A stretch of 64,000 bases of DNA from Candidatus Tayloriibacteriota bacterium. Its GTDB lineage: Bacteria; Patescibacteriota; Minisyncoccia; Phycocordibacterales; CAIZLB01. The notes beneath the pieces were generated by a model that was given only the letters and a program-made list of their open reading frames with translations, was not told the DNA's origin and did not search any database. Of the stretch, positions 30,655 to 40,107 are shown piece by piece. The first letter of the stretch is position 1. Each line of letters opens with the position of its first letter. The DNA is taken from NCBI GenBank assembly GCA_018883165.1, contig VEQN01000002.1, positions 12,134 through 76,133 of the forward strand, read 5' to 3'. Position numbers and translations under genes: made by a program.

Positions 30655-30999
30655 ATGAAAAAGTCAATTATATCAACAACACGAGATCGAAGACGAAAGA
30701 GAATCCGAGCGAAAGTATCGGGTACTGAAGATCGACCACGACTCTCAGTATATAAATCAAATGCATACATGTATGCACAGGTTATTGATGATACAAAAGG
30801 ATTGACTATTGTTTCTGCTTCATCTATGAATGTTAAGGGAAACAAGACAGAGGCTGCTGCTAAGGTGGGTACTGAGCTCGCTAAGCTTGCTAAAGCTAAA
30901 GGAGTAACTAAGGTTGTATTCGACCGAGGTGGCTTCATTTATACAGGTCGAGTAAAAGCTCTTGCAGATGCTGCTCGAGAAGGTGGACTAGAATTTTAA
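30655..30999 (+). CDS. rplR: 50S ribosomal protein L18
   Basis: Motifs RPRLSV and VVFDRGG. Confidence 0.97.
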   Translation: MKKSIISTTRDRRRKRIRAKVSGTEDRPRLSVYKSNAYMYAQVIDDTKGLTIVSASSMNVKGNKTEAAAKVGTELAKLAKAKGVTKVVFDRGGFIYTGRVKALADAAREGGLEF

Positions 31000-31008
31000 T
31001 ACAAACAT

Positions 31009-31638
31009 ATGACTGACAACGCACAAAATCTAAACGAAGAAGTAATCAACGAAGTAGCTACACCGGTAGTGACTGAAGAGACTTCATCTGAAGCTCCACG
31101 AAGAGATTTTCGAGGACGAGGACGAAATGGTGCTCCACGAGGAAAAGGAGGAGACCGACGAGGTGGTCCTAAGCGAGAACCTCGAGCTAAGCCTGAGTAC
31201 GATCAGAAGATTATTGATATCCGACGAGTAACTCGAGTATCTTCAGGAGGACGACGATTCAGTTTTGCAGTTTCTCTTGTTGCAGGTGACCGAAAGGGTA
31301 AAGTAGGAGTAGGGACTGGAAAGGGAGGTGATACAGCGCTTGCTGTCGAAAAAGCACTCCGAAGTGCAAAGAAGAACATGATTGTTGTAAGTACAACAAA
31401 GTCTGGAAGTATTCCACACGAGGTCATGACAAAGTTTGGTAGTGCACGAGTACATATCATGCCAGCTCCAGGTAAAGGAATCGTTGCTGGTTCATCAGTA
31501 CGAGATGTAATTGACCTTGCTGGTATCAAAGATGTTACAGCTAAACTACGATCAGGTACAAAGAACAAGCTCAACAACGCACGAGTAGCTATTGAAGCAC
31601 TCAAGCAGCTCAAGAAACCACGAGCGTACAGTAAATAA
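31009..31638 (+). CDS. rpsE: 30S ribosomal protein S5
   Basis: Motif RRVTRVSSGGRRFSF. Confidence 0.97.
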   Translation: MTDNAQNLNEEVINEVATPVVTEETSSEAPRRDFRGRGRNGAPRGKGGDRRGGPKREPRAKPEYDQKIIDIRRVTRVSSGGRRFSFAVSLVAGDRKGKVGVGTGKGGDTALAVEKALRSAKKNMIVVSTTKSGSIPHEVMTKFGSARVHIMPAPGKGIVAGSSVRDVIDLAGIKDVTAKLRSGTKNKLNNARVAIEALKQLKKPRAYSK

Positions 31639-31656
31639 TTTCCTAACGTTATTACC

Positions 31657-32094
31657 ATGCAAAAACACAATCTACAGCGAAAAACAAAGAATAAGAAGAA
31701 GATACAGGTGGCACGAGGAGGAAAGCGAGGAAAGACTGCTGGCCGAGGAACAAAAGGTCAGAAGGCACGAGCTGGTCACAAAATCCGACCTGAACTTCGA
31801 GATATGATCAAACGACTTCCTAAAATGCGAGGTCGAGGTGTTAACTCAAACAAGTCTATCCAGGAAAAAGCATTCCCAATTAATCTCTCAAACCTTGAAT
31901 CATTCAAAGCTGGTTCTATTGTATCTCCTAAAACTCTTGTAGAAGCTGGTGTTATCGAAACAAAGAACAATCGATATCCACGAGTTAAGCTTCTTGGTAT
32001 GGGTGAGGTGACTGTCGCTTTAACTGTACGAGATTGTATGGTTTCAAATGAGGCAAAAGTCAAGATTGAAAAGGCGGGGGGAAAGATAGTATAA
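31657..32094 (+). CDS. rplO: 50S ribosomal protein L15 (no rpmD upstream)
   Basis: Motifs GKTAGRGTKGQKAR and KIEKAGG. Confidence 0.96.
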   Translation: MQKHNLQRKTKNKKKIQVARGGKRGKTAGRGTKGQKARAGHKIRPELRDMIKRLPKMRGRGVNSNKSIQEKAFPINLSNLESFKAGSIVSPKTLVEAGVIETKNNRYPRVKLLGMGEVTVALTVRDCMVSNEAKVKIEKAGGKIV

Positions 32095-32101
32095 TGCCTT
32101 C

Positions 32102-33373
32102 ATGTCAAATATAATACAGAAAATTAAGCATATCTTTCAGGATAGTAGTTTGCGTAAACAAGTTCTATTTGTATTCGCTGCACTTGCTATTTTCCGATTG
32201 CTTTCAGTTGTACCAATTCCTGGTGTTAATCAGGCTGCGCTATCACAGTTTTTAAATAATAACCAATTCTTCGGTCTTCTTAATATGTTCTCTGGAGGAG
32301 GACTTTCTACTCTTTCAATCGTAATGCTTGGTGTTGGTCCGTACATCACTGCATCTATTATCATGCAGCTCTTCACAATGATGAGTCCTAAGCTTAAAGC
32401 AATGTACCAAGAAGAAGGTGCTGCTGGACGAATGAAATTCTCACAGTACTCACGACTTCTTACTGTGCCACTCGCATTCGCACAGGCTTTTGGTTTCATT
32501 GTACTTCTTCAGCGACAGGGTGTTGTGCTCGAATTGGGTACATTCGCACTCCTCACAAACGTAATTACAATTGTTGCTGGATCAATGCTTCTTATGTGGA
32601 TTGGAGAAATCATGACCGAGTTTGGTATTGGTAACGGTCTCTCAGCAATTATCTTTGCTGGTATCGTTGCAAGTCTTCCACAGTTCATTTCACAGGCATA
32701 CTTTGCTTTCCAAGCAGAACAGATCCCGGTATACATTGTCCTAGGTGCACTTGCACTCTTTACAATCTTTGCTGTGGTACTCATTACAGAGGCTGAGAGA
32801 CCGGTTCCTGTAACATATGCAAAGCAGGTGAGAGGTGGAAATACATATGGTGGTGCATCAACATACCTCCCACTTCGACTAAACCAAGCTGGTGTTATTC
32901 CAATCATCTTTGCGCTCTCAATCCTTCTTCTTCCGCAGATGGTATTAAACATGCTTTCATACCTTGGTAATGCGACTATTGCTTCAATTTCAATTGCAGT
33001 GAATAGTTTCATGCAGAATCAGTGGTACTATGCTGGAATATACTTCCTCTTTGTATTCTTCTTCACATACTTCTATACAGCAGTTACTTTTGATCCAAAG
33101 AGTATCTCTGAAAACCTACAAAAGAACGGTGCCTTCATCCTAGGTGTACGACCAGGTGAACCTACAGCTGAATATCTTGGCAAGGTTGTAACAAGAATCA
33201 CTCTTGTTGGTGCTTTGTACCTAGGTATCATCGCGGTACTTCCTCCAGTAATTCATGCAATAACAGGGCTACAGTTCCTCACAATCGGTGGTACTGCACT
33301 CCTCATCGTAGTATCAGTAGTACTTGATGTCATGAAGAAGGTAAATGCTCAGCTCTCGATGCGAGAATATTAG
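32102..33373 (+). CDS. secY: Preprotein translocase SecY
   Basis: Motifs LGVGPYITASII, GIGNG, GVRPG, GGTALLIVV. Confidence 0.98.
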   Translation: MSNIIQKIKHIFQDSSLRKQVLFVFAALAIFRLLSVVPIPGVNQAALSQFLNNNQFFGLLNMFSGGGLSTLSIVMLGVGPYITASIIMQLFTMMSPKLKAMYQEEGAAGRMKFSQYSRLLTVPLAFAQAFGFIVLLQRQGVVLELGTFALLTNVITIVAGSMLLMWIGEIMTEFGIGNGLSAIIFAGIVASLPQFISQAYFAFQAEQIPVYIVLGALALFTIFAVVLITEAERPVPVTYAKQVRGGNTYGGASTYLPLRLNQAGVIPIIFALSILLLPQMVLNMLSYLGNATIASISIAVNSFMQNQWYYAGIYFLFVFFFTYFYTAVTFDPKSISENLQKNGAFILGVRPGEPTAEYLGKVVTRITLVGALYLGIIAVLPPVIHAITGLQFLTIGGTALLIVVSVVLDVMKKVNAQLSMREY

Positions 33374-33395
33374 AAGTACTTTCGATATTTGAACT

Positions 33396-33426
33396 ACACG
33401 AAGCCCTGGGAAACCAGGGTTTTGTG
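33396..33426 (+). terminator. Terminator after secY
   Basis: GCCCTGG-GAAA-CCAGGGTTTTG. Confidence 0.8.
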
Positions 33427-33500
33427 TTGTAAACGGTTTAAACATGGCATCTTAAAAACTTTTGTTGGTAAAACAATCTATCTAAGTGGTAATCTGCAAA

Positions 33501-33657
33501 ATGAAAAAAGGTATCATATGACGGAGTGGCAGGAAAGACTGCTTTTGATGCGAATGGTGATCAAGCAGTTGCTGAGTTTACAGTGAAGAAGATTGAGAAC
33601 GGGAAAGCTGTGATCATTAAATATGTGATAGGTAATGGACGAAGCCACACCGGTTAG
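33501..33657 (+). pseudogene. Remnant C-terminus of a LivJ-family substrate-binding protein
   Basis: Frame from 33505 reads KKVSYDGVAGKTAFDANGDQAVAEFTVKKIENGKAVII, matching the C-terminus of 17179-18288; ATG 33501 is out of frame by one A in an A6 run. Confidence 0.65.
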
Positions 33658-33725
33658 GTGCGGCTTTTCGTTTGTTTCCATATTAAGGCAAAAGAGGCCC
33701 ACTTATGGTATTAAGTGTTAGCTAT

Positions 33726-35738
33726 TTACTCTGACACAAACAAGCTAAAGAAAGATACAAACGGCGCGAGTAACTTAGACAGGATACCTGTGTTTTCTGG
33801 TGTGCTGACTGGTCGTGCATTATTCAATGTGGTTGTCGCACTGTTGTTGTCATGTGAACCAATGAATCTTTGTACAAGCTTAGACTGTTCTGTCTTGTTG
33901 TTTTGTAACGATGAGTTCTCTGCAATCTCTCTCTTTGTCTCTGCTGGTGGAGGTGGTAGGAGGGGGTTGGTGTAAGATACCGTATTTGGTTTTGGCTGCT
34001 CGGCTGTTTTTTGGTCTGCACCTTTAGTTTCTACCGTTTTCGGTTTCTCATTTTTATTTTTAGCTACACTTTTCTTACTGTTTGGTATATTCGGTATCTG
34101 TGGACGTACGGGCCCTAGGGTGAGCTTCCATTTTCCAGCCGGGATTATTCTGAAAAGAGCATCGTCGTATTTGTTGTTTGGGTCGTACAGGTCAATTGTG
34201 TTCACGATCGATATACCCTTGTATGTACTTGCAGAAGAGTCATCATAGTAGCCGATGTGCACACCGTTAACGATAATTTCAGCACCGTGTGCAGGTCTGT
34301 ATTTCCGTATGAGATCAGGTGACAGTGCTACTGATCCCAGTGTGAGTAAATTGTTATTGTTTCCTCGTTGCTGCTTTGTGTTACTGTCAGGGGTCTTGTC
34401 ATTAGCACTTCCGTAACTTGTGAAGTGTAGTGTTCCATCGGTTGTCCGTCCGCCACTTTTGGTGCCGTATTTAAACAAATCATCGAGATATTCACTCACA
34501 GTATTTGAATCTGAGTTTTGATATACCACCTCCTTTGAGACCGGGTTTGCATTTCCTGTAGAGGTGAAGCGAGTCTGACTCTCCTTGATTTCAGGGTCAT
34601 ATGGCTTAAGAAACCTAAACGGTACAGGATATGCCTCATTACCACATTCTGCGAGTGGGTTAGTCACATACGGCTCTTTTCTATCAAGCGCCCTTTGGAT
34701 GAACACCCAAGGTACTGAGCATACACCTAGTGACTCATAGTTGTCACATCTTGAATCTCTATCCGCCCTGTTCTTATCAACCACCTTCTTAATCTCTTGA
34801 TACAACTCATATGCTTGATTCCTTGCTTTTGTTGAACTGGTTATCTTTCCTGAGAAAAGGTTATTGTTTAGTCTAAAGCTTGCGAAATCTACTGATGGCT
34901 TACCCCATCTGACAATATCTTTCGCATCCTCTTTAGACAATTTGTATGGATCTACATATATGTAGTCTATGCCAGGGCCGTTGAATGTTTTAGACAATTG
35001 ATATGCGGCATCAGCACCTAATCCATTACCAACGATGAGTACACGCCTTTTAAATGGGAAATGTGGCATATTGTTATACCATGTGAAATCTATACGTAGT
35101 CGTTTAGCTAATGCTGCGGCTACTCCAACAGGTTCACCATCACTTTCGTATGGTGTAGCAAGGAACTGGCCATTTTCTACTCGTGTAATTTGGAATGCAT
35201 TTTGGGTGTGTTGAATCTTATTATCGTATGTAATACCCTTACTATCCCATACGCCGTCTAATCTCCATCCTGGTACAGAAGGGAAAAGCATCTTCTCGCT
35301 GTCTTTACTATTTGAGTACATTTTGAGGTCGTGTACAAAAGAATGGAACCAATCACCAGACCAGAAGGTATTGTATGAAGCATTCTTTAGACTACCCTTG
35401 TATTGTGAAGGAGATTCACCACTAATGGTATATATTGTTGTGTCTCCACAGTACATCTTTCCTTCTATCGGGGCTTTCACTTCTGAAGTTATACTTGGAT
35501 TGTTTCCTAAGTATGAAGCAGAATATTTTCCATATGCTTTATCTGTGTCGCTTGACTTTAAGACCTCCTCATATGCCTTAAAATTTGGGCTTTCCTTTAA
35601 TATGCTATCCAGTTCCATATCCGTAGGGTACGTAACACTGACAGCCTCTACAATTTTGCTAGCTATTGATTGACTCATGATTGCAACTGCGCAAATGATG
35701 AATGTAGATAGAATCGCTTGGTGGATGTTTTTTTTCAT
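33726..35738 (-). CDS. Large secreted protein with possible 3D/RlpA-like C-terminal domain
   Basis: Signal peptide; segment FTSYG...SVALSPD...GYYDD...IDLYD. Confidence 0.5.
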   Translation of the reverse strand: MKKNIHQAILSTFIICAVAIMSQSIASKIVEAVSVTYPTDMELDSILKESPNFKAYEEVLKSSDTDKAYGKYSASYLGNNPSITSEVKAPIEGKMYCGDTTIYTISGESPSQYKGSLKNASYNTFWSGDWFHSFVHDLKMYSNSKDSEKMLFPSVPGWRLDGVWDSKGITYDNKIQHTQNAFQITRVENGQFLATPYESDGEPVGVAAALAKRLRIDFTWYNNMPHFPFKRRVLIVGNGLGADAAYQLSKTFNGPGIDYIYVDPYKLSKEDAKDIVRWGKPSVDFASFRLNNNLFSGKITSSTKARNQAYELYQEIKKVVDKNRADRDSRCDNYESLGVCSVPWVFIQRALDRKEPYVTNPLAECGNEAYPVPFRFLKPYDPEIKESQTRFTSTGNANPVSKEVVYQNSDSNTVSEYLDDLFKYGTKSGGRTTDGTLHFTSYGSANDKTPDSNTKQQRGNNNNLLTLGSVALSPDLIRKYRPAHGAEIIVNGVHIGYYDDSSASTYKGISIVNTIDLYDPNNKYDDALFRIIPAGKWKLTLGPVRPQIPNIPNSKKSVAKNKNEKPKTVETKGADQKTAEQPKPNTVSYTNPLLPPPPAETKREIAENSSLQNNKTEQSKLVQRFIGSHDNNSATTTLNNARPVSTPENTGILSKLLAPFVSFFSLFVSE

Positions 35739-35895
35739 TGATAATCGGTGATTGATATTAATACATGTAATTATACATTAGAATGTGAATGTTGCTTATC
35801 GTTCATCGCGCTGTTGTATTATTAATTAGTTGGTAAGGGGGGTGCACCAGAGAATGACATAGATTTGAACCGTTGATTTTTGATATACTACCTCT

Positions 35896-36795
35896 ATGGA
35901 AAGTATAGTCCCACAACTCATGGCAAACAGTATTATAGCCGGAGGTATCTACGCTCTAGTGGCACTCGGTTTTAACCTCATATACGGAGCGACTAAATTC
36001 TTTAATCTCACTCATGGTGTAATTGCTGCAATCGGAGGATATACAGTATTTTACATTACCAAAAAGAATGATTCCCTCGCTTCGTTCTTTAATCAATCTA
36101 TTGGAGGTACTGTATTTGCGGTACTTATTGGAGTTTTGTGTGCAGCACTTGTTGGATATTTGCTGGATAAGTTCTTATACAAGAAACTACGAGACAGAAA
36201 AGCAAGCCCTATGGTATTTCTAGTTGCATCTCTTGGAGCATTCACATGTCTTCAGGCATTTCTTGCAATCTTGTTTACTAGTCAGTTTCAAACACTTGGA
36301 GGTGGAGCAGGGGACATTGTGACATATACAATATTCGGTGGAATAATTACAGAGGTTCAAGCTATAGTAATAGTGTCAGTGGTTGTCATTATGCTTGTGC
36401 TCGGTATTTTCCTTAAGAAATCATTATTTGGAAAGTCAGTTGAAGCTATTTCTGATGATGAGCATGTAGCAAAGATTGTGGGTATTCATACAGAAAAGAT
36501 TATCTCAATTGTATTTGTAATTGGATCAGCAATTGCAGGTCTCGCTGGAATATTAGTAGGGTATGACACAGGTCTTGAGCCAACTATGGGTATGGGATTA
36601 CTACTTAAAGGTGTTATCGCTTCGATTATTGGTGGTATTGGAAATGTATATGGTGGTGTACTTGGCGCCTTTCTCCTTGGTTTTGTTGAGAACTTTGGTA
36701 TTTGGAAAATCTCAGGTGAATGGAAAGATGCGATTGCATTTGGACTACTCATTGTCTTTTTGATTGTGAGACCACAAGGGATATTGAAGAGGTAA
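35896..36795 (+). CDS. livH: Branched-chain amino acid ABC permease
   Basis: Motifs YALVALGFNLIYG and IIGGIGNVYG. Confidence 0.9.
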   Translation: MESIVPQLMANSIIAGGIYALVALGFNLIYGATKFFNLTHGVIAAIGGYTVFYITKKNDSLASFFNQSIGGTVFAVLIGVLCAALVGYLLDKFLYKKLRDRKASPMVFLVASLGAFTCLQAFLAILFTSQFQTLGGGAGDIVTYTIFGGIITEVQAIVIVSVVVIMLVLGIFLKKSLFGKSVEAISDDEHVAKIVGIHTEKIISIVFVIGSAIAGLAGILVGYDTGLEPTMGMGLLLKGVIASIIGGIGNVYGGVLGAFLLGFVENFGIWKISGEWKDAIAFGLLIVFLIVRPQGILKR

Positions 36796-36853
36796 TTTAT
36801 TTTTAGTGTGAATTCATATCATCTTAATATGCGCAAATTATACTTAATTGTGC

Positions 36854-37246
36854 ATGATACATGATTTTTATCTCTGGATGGAGAGAAAAGAAAAGATTCA
36901 TCTGAGCGATTCAGCACCGCGGTTTGTTCACGAGAAAGAGATCTGGTGGTGTTCAGTGGGGCAGAATATTGGATTCGAGACCAATGGTAAAGGTTTCGAT
37001 TTCTGCAGACCGGTTCTTGTAATCAAAAAGATGAGCAAACATACATTTATTGGTGTTCCGTTGACCACAAAACCCAAAAACGGTTCTTGGTATGTAGGTT
37101 TCAAGCACAAAGAAAAAGATATTGTAGCAGATATTTCTCAATTAAGGATGTTTGATTGTAAAAGACTTCTAAAAAAGATTGGGGAAACACGGGATACCGA
37201 GTATGTCTTGGTCAAGAAGGGTATTGGTTGCTTGTTGGATATATAA
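36854..37246 (+). CDS. PemK/MazF-fold endoribonuclease toxin-like protein, no protein antitoxin adjacent
   Basis: EIWW...NIGFETNGK...RPVLVIKK...GVPLTT...SQLRMFDCKRL. Confidence 0.85.
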   Translation: MIHDFYLWMERKEKIHLSDSAPRFVHEKEIWWCSVGQNIGFETNGKGFDFCRPVLVIKKMSKHTFIGVPLTTKPKNGSWYVGFKHKEKDIVADISQLRMFDCKRLLKKIGETRDTEYVLVKKGIGCLLDI

Positions 37247-37295
37247 AAAATTACCCCCGCCATCACTGGCGGGGTCGTGGGAAATCCCAAATATG
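37243..37295 (-). ncRNA. Candidate ~50-nt small RNA convergent with the PemK-like gene
   Basis: Minus-strand TTGACA(37328)-16-TATACT(37306-37301), hairpin UGGG-AUUU-CCCA, terminator CCCCGCCA-GUGA-UGGCGGGG plus U tract; no ORF. Confidence 0.6.
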
Positions 37296-37355
37296 TATCA
37301 AGTATATACTCATATTAGCCTTTGTCAAAAATGCAATATTCTGTATTATGTACCC

Positions 37356-38285
37356 ATGACAACAATCAAAGTTTTTGGCCATATTTCTCCAGATACAGAC
37401 GCAACAAGCTGTCCGATAATCTGGGCCTGGTATCTTAATAATCACACAACTCTTAAAGCAGAACCGTATGTGCTCGGCGATTTCAATAAAGAAGCAAAAT
37501 TCGTACTCTCAAGATGGGGGCATAAAGAACCACAGCTTCTTGAGAAGGTAACTCCTGAAGATTCTATTGTGATTGTAGATACAAACAACCCACAAGAGCT
37601 TCTTCCTGGAGTAAATGAAGCAAATATCTTGCAAATCATTGATCATCACAAGCTAGTAGGTGGTCTTGAGACCAAGGGTCCAATCGAGGTAACGATTAGA
37701 CCGGTTGCATCTACTGCAACTGTAATACATGATCTTATGGGTCCAGTTGCCGACAATCTCCCAGAAGACATTGCTGGTATTATGCTCTCATGTATCCTCT
37801 CAGATACGTTAGAGTTTAGATCTCCAACCACAACTCCTCACGACAAGGCAATTGCAGAGAAGCTTGCAAAGCAGCTCGGTATTAATATCACTGAGTATGC
37901 ACATGAAATGTTTAAGGCGAAATCAGATGTCTCTGATTTTACCGATACGGGATTAATACATATGGATAGTAAGAAGTTCGAGGTGGGGGATAAGAACATT
38001 CGAGTATCAGTTGTTGAAACTACAGATCCTCAATCAATTCTTGATAGAAAAGCGGGTATCGTCTCAGCCATTGATGAGGTTATTAAAAAAGATGGTGACA
38101 TTGATGATGTGCTCTTCTTCATCGTGGATATATTGAAAGAAGAGGCTACGGTGTTTACGCATAATGATTTTCTAAAGAGTGTCGTATCTGCATCTTTTGG
38201 TGTAGATGCATCAAGTGATACACATGTACTTCCAGGTATTGTGTCTAGAAAGAAACAAATTGTTCCGGCACTAAAGCTTGCGTAG
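37356..38285 (+). CDS. ppaC: Mn-dependent inorganic pyrophosphatase (family II, DHH)
   Basis: Motifs GHISPDTD, IIDHH, ILSDTL, SRKKQIVP. Confidence 0.94.
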   Translation: MTTIKVFGHISPDTDATSCPIIWAWYLNNHTTLKAEPYVLGDFNKEAKFVLSRWGHKEPQLLEKVTPEDSIVIVDTNNPQELLPGVNEANILQIIDHHKLVGGLETKGPIEVTIRPVASTATVIHDLMGPVADNLPEDIAGIMLSCILSDTLEFRSPTTTPHDKAIAEKLAKQLGINITEYAHEMFKAKSDVSDFTDTGLIHMDSKKFEVGDKNIRVSVVETTDPQSILDRKAGIVSAIDEVIKKDGDIDDVLFFIVDILKEEATVFTHNDFLKSVVSASFGVDASSDTHVLPGIVSRKKQIVPALKLA

Positions 38286-38364
38286 TTTTGGTAACAAAAA
38301 CCGCCCAGATGGGTGGTCCTTGTTATATTGCAAAACATAATTTTTAAGCCATAATTACTTGGAT

Positions 38365-39231
38365 ATGGAATACATCTATCACCTAGCAGTACTCTTCACC
38401 ATATATGCAGGTTTGGCAATTACCCTTGATCTTGTTGTCGGATACACTGGCCTTTTGTCTGTGACCCATGCTGCATTCTATGGCTTTGGTGCATATGCGA
38501 CAGCTATTTTAATGACCGCACACGGCTTTGGATTCTTCCCATCCTTACTCGTTGGAATGGTAATATCGATGGTAGCAGCACTTCTCATCGGTTTTGTACT
38601 CTCGAGGTTTAAAGATGATTACTATGCATTGGTTTCTTTCGGGTTTAACATCATTGTATTTAGTGTATTTCTAAACTGGCAGGATGTAACTCGTGGCCCA
38701 CTCGGTATTCCTGGTATTGGAAAGCCTGAATTGTTTGGATATACATTTAGTTCCACACTCCAGTTTTTGTTCTTGAGTGCAGTATTAATGCTTCTCGTGT
38801 ACGGAGCTGCACGATTTTTGGTAAGCTCATCTTTTGGTAGGGTACTTAAGGCGATTCGAGAAGATGAAAAAGCAATCAGTGTATTTGGATACAATACAAA
38901 AACATACAAGCTAGTAGTATTTACACTCTCTGCTGGTATGGCTGCGATTGCAGGTTCATTATTTGCTTCATATATTACATTTATTGATCCTTCAACATTC
39001 ACGTTGAATGAGTCTGTCTTCATCCTCGCAATGATTATTCTTGGTGGCCTATCAAATGTTCGTGGTGCTGTCATTGGTGCACTGTTTCTCATTTTGTTAC
39101 CTGAGATATTAAGGTTTGTCGGTTTCCCAACAGATATTGCAGCGCAGATGCGACAGGTTGTGTACGGAGCACTCCTAATTGGTCTCATGCTCTACAGACC
39201 ACAAGGGTTAATGGGAGAGTTTAAGTTGTAA
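38365..39231 (+). CDS. livM: Branched-chain amino acid ABC permease
   Basis: Motifs GYTGLLS, AFYGFGAY, AIREDE, RPQGL. Confidence 0.9.
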   Translation: MEYIYHLAVLFTIYAGLAITLDLVVGYTGLLSVTHAAFYGFGAYATAILMTAHGFGFFPSLLVGMVISMVAALLIGFVLSRFKDDYYALVSFGFNIIVFSVFLNWQDVTRGPLGIPGIGKPELFGYTFSSTLQFLFLSAVLMLLVYGAARFLVSSSFGRVLKAIREDEKAISVFGYNTKTYKLVVFTLSAGMAAIAGSLFASYITFIDPSTFTLNESVFILAMIILGGLSNVRGAVIGALFLILLPEILRFVGFPTDIAAQMRQVVYGALLIGLMLYRPQGLMGEFKL

Positions 39232-39235
39232 ACAT

Positions 39236-39982
39236 ATGCACACACTACAAACAAAGCATCTCACTAAACACTTCGACACTGTAAAGGCAATTACAGATCT
39301 GAGTATTTCTTTTGAGCCTGGAAAAATAACAGGGGTAATTGGTCCAAACGGTTCAGGAAAGTCTACATTCATAAATACACTTACAGGTCTTACTCCAATC
39401 ACATCAGGGTCAATTGGTGTGGCTGAAAAAGTTGAGCTTACATCGATTGTTTCAAACGATATGCCAGTCTATGGTATCACACGAACATTTCAAGAGGTGC
39501 GACTGTTCGAGCAGATGAGTGTACTTGATAATATATTAGTGGTAACTACATGTAGAGGATGGTTTAAATCAATATTTGAAAAACATTCTGCATATCATCT
39601 TGCGATAGCGGAAAAGGTGCTCAAGAGAGTTGGTATATGGCAGTTTCACAACAAGTTGGCAGTAAACCTCTCCTATGGTCAAAGAAAACTATTGGAAATA
39701 GCTCGAGTATTGGCTATGTCTGAAATAGGGAAAGCACAAGTAATATTTTTTGATGAACCGTATGCTGGACTATTTCCTGAAATGGTAAAGCTTGTTTCTG
39801 AGATCATGAAAGAACTTCGAAGTGAGGGTAAAACAGTAATATTGGTTGAGCATAACATGGATTTGATTCGGGAGTTGTCAGACAAGGTAATCGTGCTTGA
39901 TAGTGGAACTTTGCTTGCTGAAGGTAATGCAAACCACGTGCTTTCTCGGAAGGATGTTGTCGAAGCGTATTTGGGGGAGTAG
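39236..39982 (+). CDS. livG: Branched-chain amino acid ABC ATPase
   Basis: Motifs GPNGSGKST, RTFQ, LSYGQ, FDEPYAG. Confidence 0.9.
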   Translation: MHTLQTKHLTKHFDTVKAITDLSISFEPGKITGVIGPNGSGKSTFINTLTGLTPITSGSIGVAEKVELTSIVSNDMPVYGITRTFQEVRLFEQMSVLDNILVVTTCRGWFKSIFEKHSAYHLAIAEKVLKRVGIWQFHNKLAVNLSYGQRKLLEIARVLAMSEIGKAQVIFFDEPYAGLFPEMVKLVSEIMKELRSEGKTVILVEHNMDLIRELSDKVIVLDSGTLLAEGNANHVLSRKDVVEAYLGE

Positions 39983-40042
39983 TCTAGTTGGTGTCACTAA
40001 GTATCTGTATTTGCAAAAAGTAGATAAATTGGTTTTCTTAAT

Positions 40043-40087
40043 AAACAAAACGCGCCGTCGAAATCCTTTCGGACATACGACGGCACG
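40043..40087 (-). terminator. Terminator of the orphan membrane gene
   Basis: Minus strand CGTGCCGTCG...TCC-GAAA-GGA...CGACGGCGCG-TTTTGTTT. Confidence 0.75.
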
Positions 40088-40107
40088 ATCTTTGCGCATC
40101 ATGTTCA

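Noticed and set aside
31639-31656. Absence of rpmD (L30)
   Set aside because: Established CPR trait; used only as taxonomic evidence.
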